Source: Squalus acanthias
Lineage: Eukaryota
DNA length: 64,000 bases
Assembly: GCA_030390025.1 (NCBI GenBank)
Contig: JASTWF010000033.1
Location: 1 to 64,000 of the forward strand
Direction of reading: 5' to 3'
Positions 26,801 through 40,132 of the stretch are shown piece after piece. Numbering within the stretch: position 1 is the first letter of the stretch; every line of letters begins with the position of its first letter. The notes beneath the pieces were generated by a model that saw only the letters and a program-made list of their open reading frames with translations, searched no databases and was not told the DNA's origin. The position numbers were made by a program, and so were the translations under genes.

Positions 26801-29800
26801 TTAGACTAGGTGGGATATTAACAGCAATGGGCAGTGAGCAGGAGGTTGGGATTCGACTAGGTGGGATATTAACGGTAATGGGCAGTGAGCAGGAGGTTGG
26901 GATTAGACTAGGTGGGATATTAGCGTTAATGGGTAGTTAGCAGGAGGTTGGGATTAGACTACTTGGGATATTAACGGTAATGGGTAGTGAGCAGGAGATT
27001 GGGATTCGACTAGGTGGGTTATTAACGGTATTGGGTAGTGAGCAGGATGTTGGATTTAGACTAGGTGTGTTATTAACGGTAATGGGCAGTGAGCAGGAGG
27101 TTGGGATTGGACTAGGTTGGATATTAACGGTAATGGGTAGTGAGCAGGAGGTTGGGATTAGACTAGGTGGGATATTAACGGTAATGGACAGTGAGCAGGA
27201 GGTTGGGATTAGACTAGTTGGGATATTAACGGGAATGGGTAGTGAGCAGGAGGTTGGGATTAGACTGGGAGGGATATTAACAGCAATGGTAGTGAGCAGA
27301 AGGTTGGCATTAGACTAGGTGGGATATTAGCGTTAATGGGTAGTGAGCAGGAAGTTGGGATTGGACTAGGTGGTATATTAACGGTAATGGGTAGTGAGCA
27401 TTTGGTTGTGATTAGACTAGGTGGGATATTAACGGTAATGGGTAGTGAGCAGGAGATTGGGATTAGATAGGTGGTATATACAAAGTAATGGGTTGTGAGC
27501 AGGAGTTTGGGATTAGAATAGGTGGGATATTAACGGTAATGGGCAGTGAGCAGGAGGTTGGGATTAGATCAGGTGGGATATTAACAGCAATGGGCAGTGA
27601 ACAGGAGTTTGGGATTCGAATAGGTGGGATATTAACAGTAATGGGTAGTGAGCAGGAGGTTGGGATTAGACTAGGATGGATATTAACGGTAATGGGCAGT
27701 GAGCAGGAAGTTGGGATTAGACTATGTGGTATATTAACGATAATGGGTAGTGAGCAGGAGGTTGGGATTAGACTAGGTGGGATATTAACGGTAATGGGCA
27801 GTTAGCAATAGGTTGGGATTAGACTAGGTCGGATATTAACGGTAATGGGTAGTGAACAGACGGTTGGGATTAAACTAGGTGGGATATTAACGGTAATGGG
27901 TAGTGAGCAGGGGGCTGGGATGAGACTAGGTGGGATATTAACGGTAATGGGCAGTGAACTGGAGGTTGGGATTAGACTAGGTGGGAGATTAACGGTAATG
28001 GTTAGTAAGCAGGAGGTTGGGATTAGAATAGGTGGGATATTAACAGTAATGGGTAGTGAGAAGGAGTTTGGGATAAGACTAGGTCGGATATTAACGGTAA
28101 TGGGTAGTGAGCAGGAGGTTGGGATTAGACAAGGTCGGATATTAACGGTAATGGGCAGTGAGCAGGAGGTTGGGATTAGACTAGGTGGGATTTTAACAGT
28201 AATGGGCAGTGAGCAGGAGGTTGGGATTAGACTAGGTGGGATATTAACGGTAATGGGCAGTGAGCAGGAGGTTAGCATTAGACTAGGTGGGATATTAACG
28301 GTAATGGGCAGTGAGCAGGAGGTTGGGATTAGACTAGGTGGGATATTAACGGGAATGGGTAGTGAGTAGGAGGTTGGGATTAGACTGGGTGGGATATTAA
28401 CAGCAATGGGTAGTGAGCAGAAGGTTGGCATTAGACTAGGTGGGATATCAGCGTTAATGGGTAGTTAGCAGGAGGTTGGCTTTAGACTTGGTGGGATATT
28501 AACGGTAATGGGTATTGAGCAGGAGATTGGGATTAGACTAGGTGGGTTATTAACGGTATTGGGTAGTAAGCAGGATGTTGGATTTTGACTAGGTGGGTTA
28601 TTAACGGTAATGGGCAGTGAGCAGGAGGTTGGGATTGGACTAGGAGGTATATTAACGGTAATGGGTAGTGAGAAGGATTTGGATTTAGACTAGGTGTGTT
28701 ATTAACGGTAATGGGCAGTGAGCAGGAGGTTGGGATTGGACTAGGTGGGATATTAACGGTAATGGGTTGTGAGCAGGAGGTTGGGATTAGACTAGGTGGG
28801 ATATTAACGGTAATGGGTAGTGAGCAGGCGGTTGAGTATAGACTATGTGGGATATTAACGGTAATGGGTAGTGAGCAGAAGGTTGGGATTAGACTAGGTA
28901 GGATATTAACGGTAATGGGTAGTGAGCAGAAGGTTTGCATTAGAATAGGTGGTATATTAACGGTAATGGTTAGTGAACATTTGTTTGGGATTAGACTAGA
29001 TGGGATATTAACAGTAATGGGTAGTGAGCAGCAGGTTGGGATTAGACTAGGTGGGATATTTACAGCAATGGGTAGTGAGCAGGAGGTTGGGATTAGACTA
29101 GGTGGGATAATAACGGGAAAGGGGTAGTGAGCAGGAGGTTGGGATTAGACTAGGTGGGCTATTAACGGTAATGGGCATTGAGCAGAAGGTTGGGATTAGA
29201 CTAGATGGGATATTAACAGTAATGGGTAGTGAGAAGCAGGTTGGGATTAGACTCGGTGGGATATTAACGGTGATGGGTAGTGAGCAGGTCTTTGGGATTA
29301 GACTAGGTGGGATATTAATGACAATTTGTAGTGATCAGAAGGTTTGCATTACAATAGGTTGTATATTAACGGTAATGGTTAGTGAACATTTGTTTGGGAT
29401 TAGACTAGATGGGATATTAACAGTAATGGGTAGTGAGCAGGATGTTGGGATTAGACTAGGTGGGATATTAACGGTAATGGGCAGTGAACAGGAGGTTGGG
29501 ATTAGACTAGGTGGGATATTAAGAGTAATGGGCATTGAGCAGGAGGTTGGGATAAGACTAGATGGGATATTAACAGTAATGGGTAGTGAGAAGCAGGTTG
29601 GGATTTGACTCGGTGGGATATTAACCTTGATGGGTGTGAGCAGGTCTTTGGGATTAGACAAGGTGGGATATTAATGACAATGTGTAGTGAACAGTAGGTT
29701 TGCATTAGAATAGGAGTTATATTAACGGTAATGATTAGTGAACATTTATTTGGGATTAGACTAGATGGGATATTAACAGTAATGGGTAGTGAGCAGGAGG

Positions 29801-32800
29801 TTGGGATTAGACTAGGTGGGATATTTACAGTAATGGGTAGTGAGCAGGAGGTTGGGATTAGACTAGGTGGGATATTAACGGGAATGGGTAGTGAGCAGGA
29901 GGTTGGGATTAGACTAGGTGGGATATTAACAGTAATGGGCATTGAGCAGGAGGTTGGGATTGAACTAGGTGGGCTATTAACGGTAATGGGCAGTAAGCAG
30001 GAGGTTGGGATTAGACTAGGTGGGCTATTAACGGTAATGGGCAGTGAGCAGGAGGTTGTGATTAGACTAGGTGGGATATTAACGGTAATGGGCAGCGAGC
30101 AGGAGGTTGGGTTTAGACTAGGTGGGATATTAACGGTAATGGGCAGTGAGCAGGAGGTTGGGATTGGACTAGGAGGTATATTAACGGTAATGGGTAGTGA
30201 GAAGGATTTGGATTTAGACTAGGTGTGTTATTAACGGTAATGGGCAGTGAGCAGGAGGTTGGGATTGGACTAGGTGGGATATTAACGGTAATGGGTTGTG
30301 AGCAGGAGGTTGGGATTAGACTAGGTGGGATATTAACGGTAATGGGTAGTGAGCAGGCGGTTGAGAATAGACTATGTGGGATATTAACGGTAATGGGTAG
30401 TGAGCAGGAGGTTGGGATTAGACTAGGTAGGATATTAACGGTAATGGGTAGTGAGCAGAAGGTTTGCATTAGAATAGGTGGTATATTAACGGTAATGGTT
30501 AGTGAACATTTGTTTGGGATTAGACTAGATGGGATATTAACAGTAATGGGTAGTGAGCAGCAGGTTGGGATTAGACTAGGTGGGATATTTACAGCAATGG
30601 GTAGTGAGCAGGAGGTTGGGCTTAGACTAGGTGGGATAATAACGGGAAAGGGGTAGTGAGCAGGAGGTTGGGATTAGACTAGGTGGGCTATTAACGGTAA
30701 TGGGCATTGAGCAGGAGGTTGGGATTAGACTAGATGGGATATTAACAGTAATGGGTAGTGAGAAGCAGGTTGGGATTAGACTCGGTGGGATATTAACGGT
30801 GATGGGTAGTGAGCAGGTCTTTGGGATTAGACTAGGTGGGATATTAATGACAATTTGTAGTGATCAGAAGGTTTGCATTACAATAGGTTGTATATTAACG
30901 GTAATGGTTAGTGAACATTTGTTTGGGATTAGACTAGATGGGATATTAACAGTAATGGGTAGTGAGCAGGAGGTTGGGATTAGACTAGGTGGGATATTAA
31001 CGGTAATGGGCAGTGAACAGGAGGTTGGGATTAGACTAGGTGGGATATTAAGAGTAATGGGCATTGAGCAGGAGGTTGGGATAAGACTAGATGGGATATT
31101 AACAGTAATGGGTAGTGAGAAGCAGGTTGGGATTTGACTCGGTGGGATATTAACCTTGATGGGTAGTGAGCAGGTCTTTGGGATAAGACAAGGTGGGATA
31201 TTAATGACAATGTGTAGTGAACAGTAGGTTTGCATTAGAATAGGAGTTATATTAACGGTAATGATTAGTGAACATTTATTTGGGATTAGACTAGATGGGA
31301 TATTAACAGTAATGGGTAGTGAGCAGGAGGTTGGGATTAGACTAGGTGGGATATTTACAGTAATGGGTAGTGAGCAGGAGGTTGGGATTAGACTAGGTGG
31401 GATATTAACGGGAATGGGTAGTGAGCAGGAGGTTGGGATTAGACTAGGTGGGATATTAACAGTAATGGGCATTGAGCAGGAGGTTGGGATTGAACTAGGT
31501 GGGCTATTAACGGTAATGGGCAGTAAGCAGGAGGTTGGGATTAGACTAGGTGGGCTATTAACGGTAATGGGCAGTGAGCAGGAGGTTGTGATTAGACTAG
31601 GTGGGATATTAACGGTAATGGGCAGCGAGCAGGAGGTTGGGTTTAGACTAGGTGGGATATTAACGGTAATGGGCAGTGAGCAGCAGGTTGGGATTAGACT
31701 ATGTGGGATATTAACTATAATGGGTAGTGAGCAGGAGGTTGGGATTAGACTAGGTGGGATATTAACGATGATGGGTAGTGAGCAGGAGGTTGGGATTAGA
31801 CTAGGTGGGATATTAACGGCAATGGGCAGTGAGCAGTAGGTCGGGATTAGACTAGTTGGGATATTAAGGTAATGGGTGTTGAGCAGGTGGTTGGGATTAG
31901 ACTAGGTGTGATATTAACGGTAATGGGTAGTGAGCAGTATCTTGAGATTAGACTAGGTGGGATATTAACTGTAATGGGCAGTGAGCAGGAGGTTGGGATT
32001 AGACTAGGTGGGATATTAACAGTAATGGGTAGTGAGCAGGAGGTTGGGATTAGACTGGGTGGGATATTAAAGGTAATCGGTAGTGAGCAGGAGGTTGGGA
32101 TTAGACTAGGTGGGATATTAACGGTAATGGGCAGTGAGCAGGAGGTTGAGATTAGACTCGGTGGGATATTAACGGTAATGGGCAGTGAGCAGGAGGTTGG
32201 GATTAGACTAGGTGGGATATTAACGGGAATGGGTAGTGAGCAGGAGGTTGGGATTAGACTGGGTGGGATATTAACAGCAATGGGTAGTGAGCAGAAGTTT
32301 GGCATTAGACTAGGTGGGATATTAGCGTTAATGGGTAGTTAACAGGAGGTTGGGATTAGACTAGGTGGGATATTAACGGTAATGGGTAGTGAGTAGGAGG
32401 TTGGGATTAGACTAGGTGGGACATTAACAGAAATGTGTATTGAGCAGGAGGTTGGGATTAGACTAGATGTGATATTAACAGTAATTGGTAGTGAGAAGCT
32501 GGTTGGGATTAGACTCGGTGGGATATTAACGGTGATAGGTAGTGAGCAGGTCTTTGGGATTAGACAAGGTGGGATATTAATGACAATGTGTAGTGAACAG
32601 AAGGTTTGCATTAGAATAGGAGTTATATTAACGGTAATGATCAGTGAACATTTGTTTGGGATTAGACTAGATGGGATATTAACAGTAATGGGAAGTGAGC
32701 AGGAGGTTCGGATTAGACTAGGTGGGATATTAACAGTAATGGGTAGTGAGCAGGAGGTTGGGATTAGACTCGGTGAGTTATTAACGGTAATGGGCATTGA

Positions 32801-35800
32801 GCAGGAGGTTGGGATTGAACTAGGTGGGCTATTAACGGTTATGGGCAATGAGCAGGAGGTTGGGATTAGACTAGGTGGTATATTAACGGTAATGGGTATT
32901 GAGCAGGTGGTTGGGATTAGAATAGGTGGGCTATTAACGGTAATGGGCAGTGAGCAGGAGGTTGGGATTAGACTAGGTGGGATATTAACGGTAATGGGCA
33001 GTGAGCAGGAGGTCGGGCTTAGACTAGGTGGGATATTAACGGTAATGGTCAGTGAGCAGGAGGTTGGGATTAGACTAGGTGGGATATTAACGGTAATGGG
33101 CAGTGAGCAGGAGGTTGGGATTTGACTAGGTGGGTTATTAACGGTAATGGGTAGTGAGCAGGAGGTTGGTATCAGACTAGGTGTAAATTAACGGTAATGG
33201 TTAGTGAGCATTTGGTTGTGATTAGACTAGGTGGGATATTAACGGTAATGGGTAGTGAGCAGGAGATTGGGATTAGACTAGGTGGGATATATAATGTAAT
33301 GGGTTGTAAGCAGGAGTTTCGGATTAGAATAGGTGGGATATTAACGGTAACGGGCAGTGAGCAGGATGTTGGGATTAGACCAGGTGGGATATTAACAGTA
33401 ATGGGCAGTGAACAGGAGTTTGGGATTCGACTAGGTGGGATATTAACAGTAATGGGTCGTGAGCAGGAGGTTGGGATTAGACTAGGTGGTATATTAACGG
33501 TAATGGGCAGTGAGCAGGAGGTTGGGATTAGACTAGGTGGGATATTAACGGTAATGGGCAGTGAGCAGGAGTTTGGGATTCGACTAGGTGGGATATTAAC
33601 AGTAATGGGTAGTGAGCAGGAGGTTGGGGTTAGACTAGGTGGGATATTAACGGTAATGGTTATTGAGCAGGAGGTTGAGATTAGACTAGGTGGGATATTA
33701 ACGGTAATGAGCAGTGAGCAGCAGGTTGGGATTAGACTATGTGGGATATTAACTATAATGGGTAGTGAGCAGGAGGTTGGGATTAGACTAGGTGGGATAT
33801 TAACAGTAATGAGTAGTGAGCAGGAGGTTGGGATTAGACTGGGTGGGATGTTAAAGGTTATCGGTAGTGAGCAGGAGGTTGGGATTAGAATAGGTGGGAT
33901 ATGAACGGTAATGGGCAGTGAGCAGGAGTTTGGGATTAGACTAGGTGGGATTTTAACAGTAATGGGCAATGAGCAGGAGGTTGGGATTAGAGTAGGTGGG
34001 ATATTAACGGTAATGGGCAGTGAGCAGGAGGTTGGGATTAGACTAGGTGGGATATTAACGGTAATGGGCAGTGAGCAGGAGGTTGGGATGAGACTAGGTG
34101 GGATATTAACGGGAATGGGTCGTGATCAGGAGGTTGGGATTAGACTGGTTGGGATATTAACAGCAATGGGTAGTGAGCAGAAGGTTGGCATTAGACTAGG
34201 TGGGATATTAGCGTTAATGGGTAGTTAGCAGGAGGTTGGGATTAGACTAGGTGGGACATTAACAGTAATGTGCATTGAGCAGGAGGTTGGGATTAGACTA
34301 GATATGATATTAACAGTAATGGGTAGTGAGAAGCTGGTTGGGATTAGACTCGGTGGGATATTAACGGTGATAGGTAGTGAGCAGGTCTTTGGGATTAGAC
34401 AAGGTGGGATATTAATGACAATGTGTAGTGAACAGAAGGTTTGCATTAGAATAGGAGTTATATTAACGGTAATGATCAGTGAACATTTGTTTGGGATTAG
34501 ACTAGATGGGATATTAACAGTAATGGGTAGTGAGCAGGAGGTTGGGATTAGACGAGGTGGGATATTAACAGTAATGGGTAGTGAGCAGGAGGTTGGGATT
34601 AGACTAGGTTGTATATTAACGGTAATGGTCAGTGAGCAGGAGGTTGGGATTAGACTAGGTGGGATATTAACGGTAATTGGCAGTGAGTTGGAGGTTGGGA
34701 TTTGACTAGGTGGGGTATTAACGGTAATGGGTAGTGAGCAGGAGGTTGGTATCAGACTAGGTGGTATATTAACGGTAATGGGTAGTGAGCATTTGGTTGT
34801 GATTAGACTAGGTGGGATATTAACGGTAATGTGTAGTGAGCAGGAGATTGGGATTAGACTAGGTGGGATATTAACAGTAATGGGTAGTGAGCAGGAGGTT
34901 GGGATTAGACTGGGTGGGATATTAAAGGTAATCGGTAGTGAGCAGTAGGTTGGGATTAGACTAGGTGGGATATTAACGGTAATGGGCAGTGAGCAGGAGG
35001 TTGGGATTAGACTCGGTGGGATATTAACGGTAATGGGTAGTGAGCAGGAGTTTCGGATTAGACTGGGTGGGATATTAACAGCAATGGGTAGTGAGCAGAA
35101 GGTTGGCATTAGACTAGGTGGGATATTAGCGTTGATGGGTAGTTTGCAGGAGGTTGGGATTAGACTAGGTGGGATATTAACGGTAATGGGTAGTGAGCAG
35201 GAGATTGGGATTAGACAGGGTGGGTTATTAACGGTCTTGGGTAGTGAGCAGGATGTTGGATTTAGACTAGGTGGGTTATTAACGGTAATGGGCAGTGAGC
35301 AGGAGATTGGGATTAGACTAGGTGGGATATATAAAGTAGTGGGTTGTGAGCAGGAGTTTGGGTTTAGAATAGGTGGGATATTAACGGTAATGGGCAGTGA
35401 GCAGGAGGTTGGGATTAGTCCAGTTGGGATATTAACAGTAATGGGCAGTGAACAGGAGTTTGGGATTCGACTAGGTAGGATATTAACAGTAATGGGTAGT
35501 GAGCAGGAGGTTGGGATTAGACTAGGTGGGATATTAACGGTAATGGGCAGGGAGCAGTTGGTTGGGATTGGACTATGTGGGATATTAACGATAATGGGTA
35601 GTGAGCAGGAGGTTGGGATTAAACTAGCTGGGATATTAACGGTAATGGGCAGTGAGCAGGAGGTTGGGATTAGACTAGGTGGGATATTAACGGTAATGGG
35701 CAGTGAGCAGGAGTTTGGGATTAGACTAGGTGGGATATTAACAATTATGGGTAGTGAGCAGGGGGTTGGGATTAGACTAGGTTGGATATTAAGGTAATGG

Positions 35801-37679
35801 GTAGTGAGCAGGTGGTTGGGATTAGACTAGGTTTGATTTTAACGGTAATGGTTAGTGAGCAGGAGGTTGAGATTAGACTAGGTGGGATATTAACTGTAAT
35901 GGGCAGTGAGCAGGAGCTTTTGATTAGACTAGGTGGGATATTAACAGTAATGGGTAGTAAGCAGGAGGTTGATATTAGAATAGGTGGGATATTAACGGTA
36001 ATGGGTCGTGAGCAGGTGTTTGGGATTAGACTAGGTGGGATATTAACGATAATGGGTAGTGAGCAGGAGGTTGAGATTGGACTAGATGGGTTATTAACGG
36101 TAATGTGTAGTGAGCAGGTGGTTGGGATTAAACTAGGTGGGATATTAATGATAATGCGTAGTGAGCAGGTGGTTGGGATTAGACTAGATGGGATATTAAC
36201 GGTAATGGGCAGTGGGCAGGAGGTTGGGATTAGACTAGATGGGATATTAATGGTAATGGGCAGTGAGCAGGAGGTTGGGATTAGACTAGGTGGGATATTA
36301 ACAGTAATGGGTAGTGAGCAGGAGGTTGGGATTAGACTAGGTGGGTTATTAACGGCAATGGGTAATGAGCAGGTGGTTGGGATTAGACTAGGTGTGATAT
36401 TAACGGTAATGGGTAGTGAGCAGGAGTTTGGGATTAGACTAGGTGGGATATTAACAGTAATGGGTTGTGAGCAGGAGTTTGGGATTAGACTAGGTGGGAT
36501 ATTAACAGTAATGGGTAGTGAGCAGGAGTTTGAGATTTGAATAGGTGGGATATTAACGGTAATGTGTCCTGAGCAGGAGTTTGAAATTAGACTAGGTGGT
36601 TATTAACGATAATGGGCAGTGAGCAGGAGGTTGGGATTAGACTGGGTGGGATATTAACAGTAATGGGTAGTGAGCAAGAGGTTGGTATTAGACTGGGTGG
36701 GATATTAACGTTAATGGGTAGTGAGCATGAGGTTGGGATTCGACTAGGTGGGATATTAACGGTAATTTGTAGTGAGCAGGAAGTTGAGATTAGACTAGGT
36801 GGAATATTAACGGTAATGGGTAGTGAGGAGGAGGTTGGGATTAGACTAGGTGGGATATTAACTGTAATGGTAGTGAGCAGGAGGTTGGGATTAGACTGGG
36901 TGGGATATTAACGGTAATGGGTAGTGAGCAGGTAGTTGGAATTAGACTAGGTGAGATATTAACGGTAATGGGTAGTGAGCAGGAGGTTGGGATTAGACTA
37001 GGTGGGATATTAACTGTAATGGGTAGTGAGCAGGAGGTTGGGATTAGACTAGGTGAGATATTAACAGTAATGGGCAGTGAGCAGGAGGTTGGAATTAGCA
37101 TAGGTGAGTCGGAGGAGAAAACAAACAATTGTACTGTATTGTTCGGAGACAGTCCGGTTTTTCGATCCCCACACTGCTTTTTTTGGCTTGTTTCCTTTCT
37201 TTGTGTCTCAATATTTCACCATATGAGCTCTTCTGTTTTTAATGTCTTTTCTTTTAACCCTGAGGTTTTTTTTTGTGTCAACTGACATTTCCCGATTTAC
37301 TATTAAGTAGTTTCCTGGTCACTCAGCTCATTGCCTTCCCTCTAATACTGTCTGTTGCCTCTGGTCTCTGCTTTTCCCATTCCCACTAATACCGTTTCCC
37401 TTTGTTTTCAGCACACAGAGTTGTTCCAGAACCTTTCCCTTGTTCTTTGTGCAAATACTGACGGTTCCGCCGGGTATTTTCACCTCTGCGTATCATTGTT
37501 TCAGTTCCACAATATTTGCAGTTTTATCCATTGATTTGATATTTTGCTAATTCCATTCTGTAACATTCTCAGATTCCAATATTTGATATTGCAACAATTC
37601 TCAGTGTCAGTGAGGAAAGAAAATCAGATTTTGGATGTGGGAACAGATCCATATTAAGCAGATGTAGTGAGATAATCCA

Positions 37680-38325
37680 GCTACGTTATTAACCATTGGT
37701 GTGACCGCACTGAGTAAACTGTGGACAGTTCTGATCGCCTCAGTACAAAAAGGTTATCGCAGCTTTTGAAGATAGCAACTAGAGTGATTGAGAGAGTGGA
37801 GGATTGGATAAGGAGGAGCTATTGTGTAAATTGTACATGTTCTCACTGGAAGAGGAAAGGTTGAGAAGTGATATGATCGCTGTTTCACTTTGCCCAGTAT
37901 AGGAGAATCAGAGGACACGGCCTGCGCTTGGAGGGTAAATTCAAAACTAGTCTGTGGAACAATATTTCAGTGAGCGAGTGGTCAATCTGGGGAATAGGCT
38001 CCCTAGGGAGATGGCGGAAGCAGTTAATATTGATTCATTAAACAGCAAATTAGATAGATTTATTTCAGAAAATCACATTTTGGGATGCAGTGTATGAGTA
38101 ATTTGAGATATGAGATGTGGTAAGTTCAGCATGCTTGGGAGGAAGAGCTATCTTTGGATCTACGGTTCCCAGAGCTCTCCACCTCTGGGGTTTTCCTCAC
38201 CTCATAGATTAATTGACAGAGATCGATTAGTCAACAACTCCATTATCATTGTAGCATTCGATACCAGGATATTAGGAGGGGAATTCCATAGACCTCATCG
38301 AGGAATTCCTTTGTTCCTATGTTAG
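37680..38325 (+). mobile_element. Degenerate CR1 3' fragment
   Basis: Decayed RT C-terminus (ttcagtgagcgagtggtcaatctggggaataggctccc ~ FSERVVNLWNRLP), ending near ttcctatgtt. Confidence 0.6.
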
Positions 38326-38388
38326 GATATTCTGTCAGTTCTGTGATATTAGAATAATCTAAACTCATTCTGTGTCCCTCCCACTTAC

Positions 38389-38555
38389 GTGATACTCTTG
38401 TCCACTGAAATGGTCCTCGCCTGTTAACCAGAGACCGAATCCCTCCACACCCTCTTCAATCGCCTGTTCCAGTCTGTCCCGGTAGAATTTCGTCAACTGG
38501 AACAGATGGTAATCGTCGTACTTTGTGAAGAACTTATTGATTGTCGAGTTCGGAT
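38389..38555 (-). CDS. Coding exon 2 of a CARD-like NLR-type gene: (D)PNSTINKFFTKYDDYHLFQLTKFYRDRLEQAIEEGVEGFGLWLTGEDHFSGQEYH
   Basis: Inside ORF 38365..38604(-). Acceptor tctttgtgttcacag|ATCCG, donor CAC|GTAAGT. 167 bp, phase 1-0, compatible with both neighbouring exons. FS..EY motif resembles CARD helix 3. Confidence 0.85.
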
Positions 38556-38679
38556 CTGTGAACACAAAGAACCACATTAACAAACAGCTTCTGAAAACCC
38601 ACATACATCACATGTGTTACATTCCTCAATCTATACAGTCAATTATGTGTGCAAATTTGTCAAACACGACTTATCGACA

Positions 38680-38950
38680 GCTTATCGGTTCCAGCCACCC
38701 CGATCATCCCCTGTATCTTTAAGTGTTCACTAAGTATACCTTCAAATACAGATTCCAAGAGTTTACTCACAACACAGTCCTCCCTCTCTATCTCATCTCC
38801 ACTGCTCGATAACCTGCAAAACCCACCGCGAAATGTGCGATTCCCCTTCCTATTCCTTAACTGAATACAAATAGATTCTATCTTAACCTAACTCCAGGGA
38901 ACATCCTAGTGCTCCAGGGCGGATATAAAACCTTTTAGTAATACTTGAAT
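38680..38950 (-). mobile_element. Degenerate CR1 endonuclease-domain fragment
   Basis: Minus strand reads IESICIQLRNRKG, like VESIWVELRN/ELQN in the intact copies. Confidence 0.45.
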
Positions 38951-39057
38951 CCACAAATATTTTTTCACTCTCCACAAAATGTTATAATCAGGATCGTTTC
39001 GCTCCGAGTCCCGTTCAAACCTAAGCCCTGTCTCATAGTTAATCGATCACAGCACCC

Positions 39058-39192
39058 AGGAGGACAAAGGCAGAAGGTGCATGGGAACACCATCGGCTCC
39101 TATTTCCCCTCCAAGTCACACACCGACCTGACTTGGACATATATCGCCGTCCGTCATCATCACTGGGTCAACATCATGGAAATCCCTACCCA
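39058..39192 (+). mobile_element. Short fragment of the LINE family at 44421-46022
   Basis: aggacaaaggcag...catgggaacacc...ccaagtcacacacc..cctgactt matches the reverse complement of 44570-44700. Confidence 0.7.
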
Positions 39193-39544
39193 AGTGCTCC
39201 TGTTTCAACAGTTTTATTAATTCCGATCTCTCGTCTCAGATCCGGACATTACCCATCCTCCAAACATGGCCGCCGATACCCTCCCACTGCTCCATTCACC
39301 TTTTCTGTAAATCCATTGTTGTTGGTCGGTTCAGATCGCGGCCGTCCTTTCTCTTCCGACTGATCTCACTCTGGTGCCCCAAGATCGTGAACCTTTCCCC
39401 TTGCTCCAGCCCTGCAGCCGCATATTGACCAGCCTCATTTTACACTCCTTAAGCAGCCCAGTGCAAAAAAATCCGGAGATCATCAGCTTGAGGCTTGGTT
39501 TCTTAATTTAATGCCTCAGTCTTAATATTCTCTCTATAAACGTA

Positions 39545-39760
39545 TTTCTATCCGTGTTACTGGTTCCGACCATGGCTATTTTCTGCTCTCCTTTTCTTCC
39601 CAGAGACGGTCCCACACGTTTCAGGATGTTCTTCCCTCTGGCACCAGGGAGGTAACACTTGATACCTGACCTGTTCAGGGCTGCAGAATAGTCTGTCTAT
39701 TCCGCTGACGATAGAATCTCCCAACATTATCACTCTCCTATTCCTGTGCCCCACCTGCCT
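39545..39760 (-). mobile_element. Degenerate CR1 ORF1 esterase fragment
   Basis: RVIMLGDSIVSGIDRLFC resembles RAIVIGDSIVRGIDRGFC of the 23153 ORF1. Confidence 0.65.
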
Positions 39761-40068
39761 CTCACCCCCGCCCCACTCGGGGTGTCCTCCTGCTCTCTGG
39801 TGCCACTGTTGCTCAGGAAGAACCCCCTCTGAGTCACTGTCTCTATCCACCTTACAGTCCCCAATACCAGGTATCCACTGGACAGTTCCAGTACTCAGAG
39901 TCTGCCTCCATCTGTGACTGCAGTGTCCCTCTAGATGGTCACTCACTTCCCTCTTTGTACTCAGCCCCTGTCCTGTTCCCTCGACCTATGTGAGCCGCAG
40001 GTTCAGGCACTAGATCCAGCCCTTTTGTCAGGACAGAAATTGTATTTTAAAGAGTTTTGTGAGCCTAC

Positions 40069-40132
40069 CTGTGCCTATTCTCATTCTTGTTGAAGATGTT
40101 TGCTCTTCCCACCTGTCTGGACCTTCAGCCAT
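40069..40132 (-). CDS. First coding exon of the CARD-like NLR-type gene: MAEGPDRWEEQTSSTRMRIGT(D); whole exon probably 40069-40164
   Basis: Strong Kozak context CACCACCATGG (ATG at 40132-40130). Donor ACAG|GTAGG is phase 1 and completes codon G|AT (Asp) with exon 2. Upstream acceptor tttctaacag| ends at 40165, implying a further 5'UTR exon. Confidence 0.75.

Larger units (their letters stand above)
18328..37105 (+). repeat. 51-bp tandem satellite, unit GAGCAGGAGGTTGGGATTAGACTAGGTGGGATATTAACGGTAATGGG(T/C)AGT, ~295 copies, interrupted by a CR1 at 20111-23833
   Basis: Unit read directly. Source of the many MGSEQEVGIRLGGILTV and LPITVNIPPSLIPTSCS ORFs. Copies are moderately diverged with higher-order duplications. 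Confidence 0.99.

Noticed and set aside
18373..37128. Repeat proteins MGSEQEVGIRLGGILTV / LPITVNIPPSLIPTSCS
   Set aside because: Satellite translations with frequent stops and frameshifts.
16071..40132. Assigning the symbol NLRP3, NLRC3 or NOD1
   Set aside because: The NACHT/LRR exons are not in the window and orthology cannot be established from a lineage-specific N-terminus.
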